Below, in pieces: positions 40,490 through 50,065 of a stretch of 64,000 nt of DNA. The notes beneath the pieces are model-generated. The model did no database searches. It was not told where the DNA came from and saw only the letters and a list, made by a program, of their open reading frames with translations. Positions within the stretch are counted from its first letter, which is position 1. Each line of letters opens with the position of its first letter. The DNA comes from an uncultured bacterium (GTDB taxonomy: Bacteria; Babelota; Babeliae; Babelales; Babelaceae), in the NCBI GenBank assembly GCA_963717435.1, contig OY970332.1, positions 608,001 to 672,000 on the forward strand, written 5' to 3'. The position numbers and the translations under genes are program-made.

Positions 40490-41110
40490 ATGAAATTTAA
40501 ATATAACTTATTTATTCTAACTCTTATAGTTAGCAATTATTGTGCAGCGTTTTCTCCCAATCTTGAATCGTGGGAAAATCTATTTAAAGAGCATGAAAAG
40601 GCTTTTAAAGAATTAGAGCCATATGCTAAAGATATTAAGGTTAAAATTACCCATGAGACTCATGGAAACGTTGATATAGAAAACGTATATCATACCTACC
40701 CTTCTTCTGAAGCAATTTTTGCTTTGATGACCTATGAAACAGTTTATAAGAAATTATGTAATAGGATTTATACCAATGCTTGGCTTAAAGGTATAGGGTT
40801 AGGCTTTTTAACAGCTATATTAAAAACGGCTTTAACAAAATATAAAAATGGAAATTTGGGGAAACAAGGGCCATTTGATGCTGACATTTTGATAGCGACA
40901 GGATTGGCTTCAATAGCTATCATAGGTCACGAAAACATGACAAATCCTAAAATTGCCTACTTTTATCCTGATGTAGTGGTAAAACAATCTAATATTTTTT
41001 CCGACCCAGTTGAAAATATTGGACGTACTTTTACGCTATTTGGTCTTGCGGAATTAAGTTATTTCCTAGCATCATTTTCTATATTTATAATTGATCAAAA
41101 GTTAAAATAG
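40490..41110 (+). CDS. Hypothetical secreted or membrane protein
   Basis: Signal peptide plus hydrophobic segments; AAGGA RBS. Confidence 0.75.
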   Translation: MKFKYNLFILTLIVSNYCAAFSPNLESWENLFKEHEKAFKELEPYAKDIKVKITHETHGNVDIENVYHTYPSSEAIFALMTYETVYKKLCNRIYTNAWLKGIGLGFLTAILKTALTKYKNGNLGKQGPFDADILIATGLASIAIIGHENMTNPKIAYFYPDVVVKQSNIFSDPVENIGRTFTLFGLAELSYFLASFSIFIIDQKLK

Positions 41111-41974
41111 TTCGGTAACATAGTTTTTAGGGTCAAACAGGGCTATTTGATCGACAGCTTCCCCAAAAGAGATATAAGCCACAGGGATGCCAAGTTCTTG
41201 CGTTATGGCAAAAACGATGCCCCCTTTTCCGGTGCCGTCCAATTTGGTCAAAACTATCCCGTCAAGATTTGTGCTTTCGTGGAAAATTTTAGCCTGTTCG
41301 AACGAATTTTGTCCGAGCATACTGTCGACGGTCAAAAGGGTGGAGACTTTCTTGTCGGGCAAATTTTTGCTTATTACGTTTTTTATTTTTTCAAGCTCTT
41401 TCATGAGATTTACTTTTGTCTGTAATCTGCCGGCTGTGTCGATTATTAAAATATCGTAGTTTTCAGCTTTATATTTCTGGCAGCCAGCAAATACTACAGC
41501 TGCAGGATCTTGTCCCTGTTTGCCCGTAACTATATCGATTTTTAAATTTTGGGCCCATTTTTCAAGCTGTTCAGTAGCGGCGGCTCTGAAAGTATCAGCA
41601 GCTACCAGCAAAACTTTCTTGTTCTGATTAACAAATCTATTTGCTAATTTACTTACAAAAGTTGTTTTGCCGCTGCCATTAATCCCAACCATTAGGTAAA
41701 CTTGTGTATTTTCTTGATATACTTTTGCTTGTAATATATTTAATAATATTTTTTGTAGCTCTGTTTGCAGCTCCTGTCCATTAGAGATTTTAGACTCTCT
41801 TAATTTCTTAATAATATTTTTTGATGTTGCGGCTCCCAAGTCCGACTTAATTAATATATCTTGAAGTTCAGAAAGAGTATTTTCGTCAATATTATTTTTT
41901 GAAAATATACCAGAAATCTTGCTTGTTACACTCTCATATATTTTTGCAAGTTTGTTTTTTAAGAACCCAAACAT
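41102..41974 (-). CDS. ftsY: SRP receptor FtsY
   Basis: GINGSGKTT, DTFRAAA, DTAGR, TKLDGTGKGG. Confidence 0.97.
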   Translation of the reverse strand: MFGFLKNKLAKIYESVTSKISGIFSKNNIDENTLSELQDILIKSDLGAATSKNIIKKLRESKISNGQELQTELQKILLNILQAKVYQENTQVYLMVGINGSGKTTFVSKLANRFVNQNKKVLLVAADTFRAAATEQLEKWAQNLKIDIVTGKQGQDPAAVVFAGCQKYKAENYDILIIDTAGRLQTKVNLMKELEKIKNVISKNLPDKKVSTLLTVDSMLGQNSFEQAKIFHESTNLDGIVLTKLDGTGKGGIVFAITQELGIPVAYISFGEAVDQIALFDPKNYVTELF

Positions 41975-41992
41975 AATTTTTCCTAAAAATAT

Positions 41993-42595
41993 TTATAAGA
42001 AGTTGGTATAATTGCCCACTCTTTGTAAAAAGAGCTTAAGTCTACGATAATCGTTTCCTGTTAAAAGTGAATAGCTGGATGTAAAATTTGCAAGTTTTTC
42101 TGTAGTTAGCAGCTTGTTTTCAGCCATGTTTTTAAGTATGGCAAGTAATAGCTCATCAACGTTAATTATATTATTTGAAAGACCAAAAAGAACATGTAAG
42201 TACTGCTCGCTATTAAAAAATTTAATATATTCTGTGTTTGAGGCAAAACTTACAAAACTGTGAATCTTTGGTGGCTCAGGGGGTAGCTGATAAAATAATA
42301 CCCCAGATTCTTCATAACCCAAGCACAAGCATGAAAAAGTTGTCTTTAGAAATTCAAATATTTGTGGTTGTTCTCGTTTTAGATCTTCTTCTGTTTTTTG
42401 ATAAGCAAAAGCTTTTCTTGATTCATCTATAGATCCCGTTTGAATTTCGTGAACCACAGCATAAAGCACTCTGTTATTGCTCTCTATTTTAACCAGTGAG
42501 CCAAATTTTGGTGGAACGTCCCACTGCCAGCTTTGTCCCACAAAAGAATGTAGCGAGCTTTCAAGAATTTCACCAAAGTACTTCTTGTTGTTCAT
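41993..42595 (-). CDS. HAS-barrel-like domain protein
   Basis: GEILESS..F, PPKFGSLVK, LPPEPPKIHSFV pattern. Confidence 0.6.
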   Translation of the reverse strand: MNNKKYFGEILESSLHSFVGQSWQWDVPPKFGSLVKIESNNRVLYAVVHEIQTGSIDESRKAFAYQKTEEDLKREQPQIFEFLKTTFSCLCLGYEESGVLFYQLPPEPPKIHSFVSFASNTEYIKFFNSEQYLHVLFGLSNNIINVDELLLAILKNMAENKLLTTEKLANFTSSYSLLTGNDYRRLKLFLQRVGNYTNFL

Positions 42596-43256
42596 AGTGA
42601 CTTTCGTTTAGTTCGTTCGATTCGTTTAAAAATTCAAATTTCTTTAAATAACTTTTTCTATGAATAAAACTTTCACCGTTAAGCTCTAAAGTTTGACCGT
42701 GAAGTTTGGTGCTGTATCCCTTATGTTGTCCCATATAGTACCCGGGTATAATATGATCCAGTCGTTGCATGATTTTGTCTCTTGTTACTTTGGCCACAAT
42801 CGACGCGGCTGCTATGGAGCTTGAATATTGTTCGCCAAAAGGGAAATGTATCACCGCTATATTATCAATTTTGAGGGGCATCGCATCTACAAGTACAAGT
42901 TTCGGGGCTGGCGCAACTGCAATTAACTGCATTAACGAGCGCTTCATGGCCCTTAAAGTGGCCTGATATATATTTATTTCATCGATTAGCCTATGGGTGA
43001 CAATAGCAGTAGAATACCAACTGTTTTTTACGATCCACTTATAGCCATCGAGCAGTTCATCTTGGTCCAAAAGCTTTGAATCTTTTAACTTATTACTCTT
43101 TTTTCCAGGGTGAAGAATTACTGATGCCGTAACCAACGGCCCACAGAGACATCCACGACCAACTTCATCAATTCCAGCAACGAGTTCATTTTTGGACCAA
43201 CTATCTATCTCGTAAAAATTTTTTGCTATTCGTACAGATCGTCTGGCACGTATCAT
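42570..43256 (-). CDS. rnhB: Ribonuclease HII
   Basis: GIDEVGRG, DSKLL, SIAAASIVAKVTRD, HKGY, HRKS. Confidence 0.95.
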   Translation of the reverse strand: MIRARRSVRIAKNFYEIDSWSKNELVAGIDEVGRGCLCGPLVTASVILHPGKKSNKLKDSKLLDQDELLDGYKWIVKNSWYSTAIVTHRLIDEINIYQATLRAMKRSLMQLIAVAPAPKLVLVDAMPLKIDNIAVIHFPFGEQYSSSIAAASIVAKVTRDKIMQRLDHIIPGYYMGQHKGYSTKLHGQTLELNGESFIHRKSYLKKFEFLNESNELNESHYEQQEVLW

Positions 43257-43271
43257 GCGCTATGTTTCCAT

Positions 43272-43336
43272 TTGACATTAATATTTTTTTGTATACAATC
43301 AGAATTATTAGTAAGATAATTGTTAGAATACTAACA
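43272..43336 (+). promoter_or_regulatory. Promoter and candidate operator of the XRE regulator
   Basis: TTGACA (43272)-N16-TACAAT (43294); palindrome TGTTAG-AATA-CTAACA at 43321-43336. Confidence 0.6.
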
Positions 43337-43365
43337 CAAATTTCATTCTAAGGTAAGGAGATATT

Positions 43366-44037
43366 ATGACATCTACAGCTTTACGGGTAAAGGAACTGCT
43401 CCGTGAAAAGGGATGGACTACTAAGATTTTAGCCGAAAAAACCGGCATGTCTGAAAGTTATCTGACCCACATAAAAAATGGCACCCGTCGTTGGAACGAA
43501 GATTCATTGCGCAAGCTTGCCAATGCATTCGAAGTTAGCCCAATAGACTTGTTTGTCCAAAGACGTAAACGTACTGATGATATTGACAATAACGTTAGTT
43601 TGCCAGAAAAATCTGATGTTCAGTTAAAAGTTCAAGTTATACCAGTTGTTGGAGACATACCATCTAACCCATCCCCATACAACAACCAACTAATGCAACT
43701 TACAACAGGATTTAAAGATCAATTTGTACCTGTTTTGAACTCAAATGACCCAGCAATGTTTGCATTGTCACTTTCAACAAATCATCTATCCCCTGTTTTT
43801 GATAAGGGCGATATTTTGATCGTTTCCCCAGAAACCTGGGCACGTTCAGGAGATGTTGCAGCAGTTGAATATGGCAACGATGTGCAAGTAAAAGCTATTA
43901 TGAACGTTACTTATACAGAAGATTTTATTGTTCTTGAATCTATTAACCACAAACAGGCTCCTATAGCTTTGGTTCGCGGGAAAGATCATTTCAGAATTAT
44001 CGGCAAAGTTGTTGGTAGACATCAACAATTTGTGTGA
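43366..44037 (+). CDS. XRE-family HTH regulator with degenerate S24 (LexA/CI-like) C-terminal domain
   Basis: LAEKTGMSESYLTHIKNG HTH; IPVVG, FAL, P...GDILIV, IIGKVVG. Confidence 0.85.
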   Translation: MTSTALRVKELLREKGWTTKILAEKTGMSESYLTHIKNGTRRWNEDSLRKLANAFEVSPIDLFVQRRKRTDDIDNNVSLPEKSDVQLKVQVIPVVGDIPSNPSPYNNQLMQLTTGFKDQFVPVLNSNDPAMFALSLSTNHLSPVFDKGDILIVSPETWARSGDVAAVEYGNDVQVKAIMNVTYTEDFIVLESINHKQAPIALVRGKDHFRIIGKVVGRHQQFV

Positions 44038-44206
44038 TTTTTGAGAAATTAGTGTTGATTAGAGTATATTTTTCCAATAATTTTGGTAGAATATACTCTA
44101 ATTAGTTTAAATAATTAATTTAAAGAGTTTTTGAAGTACTAAATAAAATAAATAGTTTATTTTATAGTGTTTTAACACTTCCAGTTAGTATAAAGGATTT
44201 ACTACT

Positions 44207-44665
44207 ATGCTTCGTTACGAAGTTCTTTTTTTAACATTACCTGAAATTACAGCTGATGAAAGAGGCAAAATCGAAAAGGGTTTCGAGGAGCTAGTTTCAC
44301 AAGCTAAAGGTAATGTCATTTCTTTCGATCGTTGGGGCAAATATAAACTTGCTTACCCAGTAAGAGATCGTGAATATGGTGTTTACTTCTTGGTTCGTTT
44401 TGAAGTTGATAAAGCAAATGCTAGCGACTTGTTAAAAGCCGTTAATCTGTTTTTCGCTGTAAGAAACGAAGATATAGTTGCGCGCCATATGGTCTCTGTT
44501 TTAGATGTTAAAAGACCTCTTGAGTATGCTCGTCCAGAGTCTCTTGAAGATGTTCCAACCAAAGACGTTGATACTTTCTTAAAAGAAAACAAAATGTCTG
44601 GTTTGATTAAGGGTTCTGGAAAAGACCGCCATGCTGCTGAAGAAGCGCATATGGGTCAAGAATAA
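44207..44665 (+). CDS. rpsF: 30S ribosomal protein S6
   Basis: RYEVLF, WGKYKLAYPV. Confidence 0.93.
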   Translation: MLRYEVLFLTLPEITADERGKIEKGFEELVSQAKGNVISFDRWGKYKLAYPVRDREYGVYFLVRFEVDKANASDLLKAVNLFFAVRNEDIVARHMVSVLDVKRPLEYARPESLEDVPTKDVDTFLKENKMSGLIKGSGKDRHAAEEAHMGQE

Positions 44666-44686
44666 TAAGTTATAGGAGTATATTTC

Positions 44687-44974
44687 ATGTCAGTAAAAAC
44701 TAAGCTAAAAGTAAGCACACGACTTTTAAAGAAAAAAACACGTAAAACTTCTTTTAATCAAGCTAAGCACTGCAGATTCTGCGCAGGCAAAGATCATGCA
44801 TTAGCTTTGGATTATAAGAATTCTTCTATGTTGAGAAATTTCTTAACAGAAAGAGGTAAAATTCTTCCTTCAAGAATTTCTGCTAACTGCTCTAAGCATC
44901 AAAGAGCACTTACAAATGAAATCAAAAAAGCACGCGTTATGGCACTTTTACCATACTCAGCTCTTTCTTATTAA
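44687..44974 (+). CDS. rpsR: 30S ribosomal protein S18
   Basis: [29 protein letters not shown]. Confidence 0.96.
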   Translation: MSVKTKLKVSTRLLKKKTRKTSFNQAKHCRFCAGKDHALALDYKNSSMLRNFLTERGKILPSRISANCSKHQRALTNEIKKARVMALLPYSALSY

Positions 44975-45015
44975 TTTGTGACCCAGCGATCCTGGGTTGA
45001 ACTTAAATTAGAATT

Positions 45016-45046
45016 AAAAAACCCGGTCTAAAAAACCGGGTTTTTT
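45016..45046 (+). terminator. Terminator of rpsF-rpsR
   Basis: AAAAAACCCGGT / ACCGGGTTTTTT. Confidence 0.8.
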
Positions 45047-45137
45047 GTTGCCAAATTTTAATATGCTTGATTTTTTGAAGGGGCTTTTTTTAGGTTTACC
45101 ATTGTAGGTAAGTTTATTTATTTTATTAAGAGGGAAC

Positions 45138-45773
45138 TTGTTTATGAATTTCAAAAAATTAATTATGTTTTCAGCGTCTGTTGTGATTATTAATGCTAAT
45201 GCTGTGGAGCCGTTAAGAATGGGGGTTTCGCAATCAGAAAAAGATAAGTTTTTTATGACAATCACAAGTGCGCATACAAGAACATTTAGTAAGGACAACC
45301 TAATTATAAGCGATATTTCTTCCGAGGATAGCGATGTGTGGAATGGTCTCATGAAAGAGGTTGCCAAGTATGTTAAGGCAAATTCTCCTGGTCTTTATCC
45401 TGAATTTGAAAAAATGCAAACAGCTAGCGATAAGTTATTAGAGGCATTAAAAATGGCCCACGACAAGACGACCCTTAAAAAAACTGATCGACCAGCCCTT
45501 TCTAGAGAATCGAAAGTAAAAAGTGGATTAAATATTCAAAATCCTGATTCTGCGAAGAAAAGCAGTAAATCATTAGACATAAAGGGCATAGAAAAAATTA
45601 TTGAGCCATTAAAGGCGCAAGAATCGATACTGGTAGAAATTCAAGATAAAATAAACAAAAAAACTATGAAAAATGATGTAGACGAAATTCTAAATCGCCT
45701 TGCGCTTACCCTGGAAGTGACAATAACCAAAGTATTTAAGGATTTTAAAAAGGTGGAAGCTAGAGCTAAGTAG
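45138..45773 (+). CDS. Hypothetical secreted helical protein
   Basis: Signal peptide; ATG at 45144 is an alternative start. Confidence 0.75.
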   Translation: MFMNFKKLIMFSASVVIINANAVEPLRMGVSQSEKDKFFMTITSAHTRTFSKDNLIISDISSEDSDVWNGLMKEVAKYVKANSPGLYPEFEKMQTASDKLLEALKMAHDKTTLKKTDRPALSRESKVKSGLNIQNPDSAKKSSKSLDIKGIEKIIEPLKAQESILVEIQDKINKKTMKNDVDEILNRLALTLEVTITKVFKDFKKVEARAK

Positions 45774-45792
45774 TATAATAATTTTTAGATTT

Positions 45793-45855
45793 AGGCCCCG
45801 ACATTTAAACGATAAATGTCGGGGCTTTTGACATTAAATATAGCTATTTTAAGCT
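45793..45855 (+). promoter_or_regulatory. Terminator overlapping the -35 of the next promoter
   Basis: GCCCCGACATTTA / TAAATGTCGGGGC-TTT; TTGACA (45828)-N16-TAAGCT (45850). Confidence 0.65.
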
Positions 45856-45913
45856 GTTAATATATGGAGATTCTGGTGTTTCACCGGATTTTTAACTCAG
45901 GAGGTTAAATCAA

Positions 45914-46594
45914 ATGAAATTGAAAAATATACTGTTTATGCTAGCAATCGTAGCTTCAGTTTTTTCTGGGAGCTATTCGTTTACTTTTAATGAAAAAACT
46001 AGCATCTTGCGTGAATTTATAGACGTTAGCTTTTTTGGAAAAGTTGAAAAGTTTTCCGAAGATCAACTAACAAAATTTAAAGATAATTTTAAAGATCTTG
46101 GAAAAGACGAACAATACTTTTTTGAAAATTATCTTGATAGAGAAATCAAAGATCTTGAACTTAGTTCACAATATGGCAAAATAGATGCTTTTGCTATGAC
46201 AACTGTTGGCACGCTAGCAGCAGTCTGGATATTGAAACTCTGCAAAAATTATAGACCTGGAATAGATGGAAGAGAATTATTGTTAAAAACGATCCCATTT
46301 ATTGGTACTTGGCTTTACTGGAATCTTGAGGTTCAAAAGGGTTTGCAAGCTCAAGCTATTACAAACAATGCTTTCGCTGGCAATACAGATTTATTAAGGC
46401 ATCTTCCAGTTAATGCTGAATTTATGGAGAATATGGTAAGCGTTTTCGGGGCAACCTTTGTGTCCATTTCGTCAGGATTTAAATATTATTGCTTCTCTCC
46501 TCAGAGAATTGAAAATGCAAAGAAGATAAGCTCTGTTATTTTGGAAATAAATAACGAGCAAAATTGCTCTAAGCCAGAAACAGCTGTATCTTAA
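45914..46594 (+). CDS. Hypothetical secreted or membrane protein
   Basis: GGAGG RBS, signal peptide, hydrophobic segments, C-terminal IENAKKISSVIL helix. Confidence 0.78.
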   Translation: MKLKNILFMLAIVASVFSGSYSFTFNEKTSILREFIDVSFFGKVEKFSEDQLTKFKDNFKDLGKDEQYFFENYLDREIKDLELSSQYGKIDAFAMTTVGTLAAVWILKLCKNYRPGIDGRELLLKTIPFIGTWLYWNLEVQKGLQAQAITNNAFAGNTDLLRHLPVNAEFMENMVSVFGATFVSISSGFKYYCFSPQRIENAKKISSVILEINNEQNCSKPETAVS

Positions 46595-46827
46595 TGCTGT
46601 TTTTTAATAATCATCAAGTTAAAATTATATTTTAGGCCCTGTTATTTAACAGTAAATGACGGGGCTTTTTGTTGCCATTCTAAGTTTCGCAATTGAAATG
46701 TAAGACGTGAGCTCAAGAAAGCCGAAGAGTGAAGTAGGGTTGGACATTTTTTTAAAAATGTTTACAATAAGAAAATAAACATATAGGCAAAAAAGATCTA
46801 AATAATACCCCTCAAAATATCTAAAAA

Positions 46828-48627
46828 GTGATGAATATGAATAAAAGAAACAATCTAAGAAATATAGCCATTATTGCCCACGTTGACCATGGCAAAACTA
46901 CCTTGGTTGATAAACTTTTGCGCGAATCGGGCACAGTTGCTGCTGCGGATGGCGAAAGATTGATGGATTCAAATGCGCTTGAAAAAGAACGCGGGATCAC
47001 CATCTTGGCTAAAAATACCGGGATTGTTTATAAAGATTACGAAATTAATATCGTTGATACTCCGGGCCACAGTGATTTTGGCGGAGAAGTTGAGCGTACT
47101 CTTCAAATGGTCGAAGGCTTTTTGTTGTTGGTAGACGCTGCAGAAGGGGTACTGCCAGGTACGAGATTTGTTCTTCAAAAGGCTCTTCAGCTTAATCTTA
47201 AGCCCATAGTATTTATTAATAAAATAGACAGAAAAGACGCTGATATTGAGCGCACAGAGAGTTTAGTTCACGATCTATTTTTAGATCTTGCAAAAGACGA
47301 ATCCCAATTAGATTTTCCTATTCTTTACGGCTCAGGCAGACAGGGTTTTGCAACAAAAGATCCAAAAAACTATACAACAAATATGGAAGTTCTTTTTGAA
47401 GCAATATTAAATAATATTCCTGCTCCTGTTGAAAAAGCTGATTCGCTACAAATGCTAACAACAAGTCTTGATCACTCAGAATTTTTAGGGCCCATCGCGA
47501 TCGGCCGTGTATTCAGTGGGTCATTGACAGTTGGCCAGCAGTTTATTTGCTGCAAAGATGATTATGTCAGCAAGCCTATGAAAATCACAAAAATTTATAA
47601 ATTTAGAGGTCTTTCAAAAGTAGAAGCACCTACTGTATCTTTTGGTGATATAGTTGCAGTTACTGGTTTTTCCGAACCAATCAACATTGGAACGACACTT
47701 TGCGAAGTTGGCAAACCGCTTCCGTATTCATATGTAAAGATCGATGAACCTACAGTTTCTATTTACGTATCTGTTAATGACTCACCGTTTAGTGGTCAAG
47801 ATGGTAAATTGCTAACTTCAAGACAGATCAAAGATAGACTAGAAAAAGAATTAAAAGTTAACGTATCACTTCGTGTTGAGCCAACTAGTTCACCTGACGT
47901 ATTTAAAGTTTCAGGCCGTGGACAGTTGCATTTGGGTATTTTGATAGAAAACATGAGACGCGAGGGCTTTGAATTACAAATTTCTGCGCCTGAAGTTATC
48001 TACAAAATGATAGATGGTGTTAAATGCGAGCCGATAGAATATTTGGTTATTGATATTCCTGAAGAGTATCAAGGGACAATCATGGAAAGCTTGGCTAAGA
48101 AAAAAGCTGAGATGAAAAACATGGTTCACTACGGTTCTAGAATAAGAATCGAATTTGAAGTTCCATCTCGTGGTCTTCTTGGTTTTAGAAGCCAGTTCCT
48201 AACAGATACACGCGGAAACGGTATCGCCACTTTTAACTTCTTGGATTATAAGCCATATAGAGGCGAAATTCCAACCAGAACCAAAGGTGTTATGGTGTCG
48301 ATGGAAGCTGGCACAATAACAGGATTTGCGCTTGATAACTTGCAAGAACGTGGAACATTATTTGTTTCACCTGGTGACAAAGTTTATGAGGGTATGATCA
48401 TTGGTGAAAACAGCCGTGAAGGTGATATGGATGTTAATCCTACAAAGCAAAAAAAGTTGACCAATATGCGTGCTTCTGGTTCTGATGAAGCTATTAAGCT
48501 AGAGCCGCCTCGCAAAATGGAACTTGAGTATTGCATGGAATGGATTAATCCTGACGAACTTATCGAAGTTACTCCAAATCATTTGAGACTTAGAAAGAAG
48601 ACGCTAAGAGCTTCTTTAAGAAAATAA
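46828..48627 (+). CDS. typA: Translational GTPase TypA/BipA
   Basis: AHVDHGKTT, RGITILAK, DTPGHSDFGGEVER, KKLTNMRASG. Confidence 0.97.
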   Translation: MMNMNKRNNLRNIAIIAHVDHGKTTLVDKLLRESGTVAAADGERLMDSNALEKERGITILAKNTGIVYKDYEINIVDTPGHSDFGGEVERTLQMVEGFLLLVDAAEGVLPGTRFVLQKALQLNLKPIVFINKIDRKDADIERTESLVHDLFLDLAKDESQLDFPILYGSGRQGFATKDPKNYTTNMEVLFEAILNNIPAPVEKADSLQMLTTSLDHSEFLGPIAIGRVFSGSLTVGQQFICCKDDYVSKPMKITKIYKFRGLSKVEAPTVSFGDIVAVTGFSEPINIGTTLCEVGKPLPYSYVKIDEPTVSIYVSVNDSPFSGQDGKLLTSRQIKDRLEKELKVNVSLRVEPTSSPDVFKVSGRGQLHLGILIENMRREGFELQISAPEVIYKMIDGVKCEPIEYLVIDIPEEYQGTIMESLAKKKAEMKNMVHYGSRIRIEFEVPSRGLLGFRSQFLTDTRGNGIATFNFLDYKPYRGEIPTRTKGVMVSMEAGTITGFALDNLQERGTLFVSPGDKVYEGMIIGENSREGDMDVNPTKQKKLTNMRASGSDEAIKLEPPRKMELEYCMEWINPDELIEVTPNHLRLRKKTLRASLRK

Positions 48628-48645
48628 TTTTCTTAAATATTTTTT

Positions 48646-49410
48646 ATGCCTCTTTATAAATTTATAATTTCTTACGACGGAACAAAATATAGCGGCTGGC
48701 AGAGCCAAAAGCACTGCCAAGCCGTTTCTAATTGTTTGGAAAAAACTTTTCAAGTTGTTTTGAAAAAGCGTGTAAAGATTATTGGTGGATCGCGCACCGA
48801 TGCTGGTGTTCATGCGCTTGGTCAAGTTGCGATAGTTAAGCTTGATATGGATATTGATCCGTTAAAATTACAAAAAATTATCAATAACAGACTTCCTGCA
48901 GATATTTTGATTCGTAAAATGGAGTTAGCAGAACCTGGTTTTCATCCTCAATCTAATGTAGAGATGAAAACTTATTATTACCATTTTTTTCAGTCCCGCC
49001 CATTACCAATTGTTTCTAGATACGGTTACTATTTTTATAAAAACGTAGATCTTGAAAAACTTCAAGACTGCTTTTCTGTTTTTTTAGGAACGCATGACTT
49101 TAGATCTTTCTGTTCTGGGGAAAAATCTAATACTATAAGAACTATAGATTCTATAAATTTGAGATATTTCAAAAAACTGGGTATCTATAGACTTGAAATT
49201 CGTGGGCAGCATTTTTTACGTTACATGATAAGACGGATAGCAGGGTCGTTGTTGGAAGTTGCAAGCTCAGATGAAAAAACTAAACAAGATTTAATTTTTG
49301 CGCTTAATCAGAAAAATCCACAGCAGCACTTGGCAACAGCTCCTGCACATGGTTTAATGTTGCATAGTATAAAATATAAAGAGCCCGCTAAAGTAACTAA
49401 AAATAGTTAG
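48646..49410 (+). CDS. truA: tRNA pseudouridine(38-40) synthase
   Basis: YDGTKYSGWQ, SRTDAGVHA, GTHDF, FLRYMIRRI, TAPAHGL. Confidence 0.95.
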   Translation: MPLYKFIISYDGTKYSGWQSQKHCQAVSNCLEKTFQVVLKKRVKIIGGSRTDAGVHALGQVAIVKLDMDIDPLKLQKIINNRLPADILIRKMELAEPGFHPQSNVEMKTYYYHFFQSRPLPIVSRYGYYFYKNVDLEKLQDCFSVFLGTHDFRSFCSGEKSNTIRTIDSINLRYFKKLGIYRLEIRGQHFLRYMIRRIAGSLLEVASSDEKTKQDLIFALNQKNPQQHLATAPAHGLMLHSIKYKEPAKVTKNS

Positions 49411-49433
49411 TGAATAATAACAGAGAATAATTT

Positions 49434-50039
49434 ATGACAAAAATTTTTAAGAAATTTTTTGAAAAAATTAGTAACAAAAAAAATATATTTAAAATTTTAT
49501 TAGTTTTTGGTCTAGTTAGTCTATTTGCTGTCCCAATCAGTTATTATTATAAAAACTATTCTGGAAGTTATTCTTGTTCAGGTATTTTCGAATATGATCC
49601 AAAAATAGACCGCAGTTTTATTTTGAATCTTTTTGAAAAAAATATGTATTGGTTGGTAGCTGAAAATGTTACTGGCTTTTCTGCAGAATATACTCTTGAT
49701 ACAAAATCGAGATCAAAAAGACCAGAACATCAGGGAAATTTACAATTCTATGTTTATAGAACCCCTGAGTGTAAGCCTGCAGGCTTTGTTGCTTTTTATA
49801 AAGAAAATTTCTTTAAGGGCAAAATATTATTCTTGGCGATCGATGAATCTCAAAGGCGTCATGGCTATGCTCGTAAACTTATAAATTTTGCATTAGATAA
49901 ACTTCAAGAGATGGGATTGGTTTATGTTGATATTATCACAAGAACAAATAATATTGGCGCCCAAAATTTATACAAAAGCGTAGGCTTTCACGAAACCTGG
50001 CGCGACGACGGCTTTGTGAAGCTAGAAAAAAGTTTATAG
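49434..50039 (+). CDS. GNAT acetyltransferase with N-terminal membrane anchor
   Basis: LAIDESQRRHGYA, N..AQNLYKSVGF. Confidence 0.85.
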   Translation: MTKIFKKFFEKISNKKNIFKILLVFGLVSLFAVPISYYYKNYSGSYSCSGIFEYDPKIDRSFILNLFEKNMYWLVAENVTGFSAEYTLDTKSRSKRPEHQGNLQFYVYRTPECKPAGFVAFYKENFFKGKILFLAIDESQRRHGYARKLINFALDKLQEMGLVYVDIITRTNNIGAQNLYKSVGFHETWRDDGFVKLEKSL

Positions 50040-50065
50040 ATTGTCGAATTTGCAAGAAATAATTT

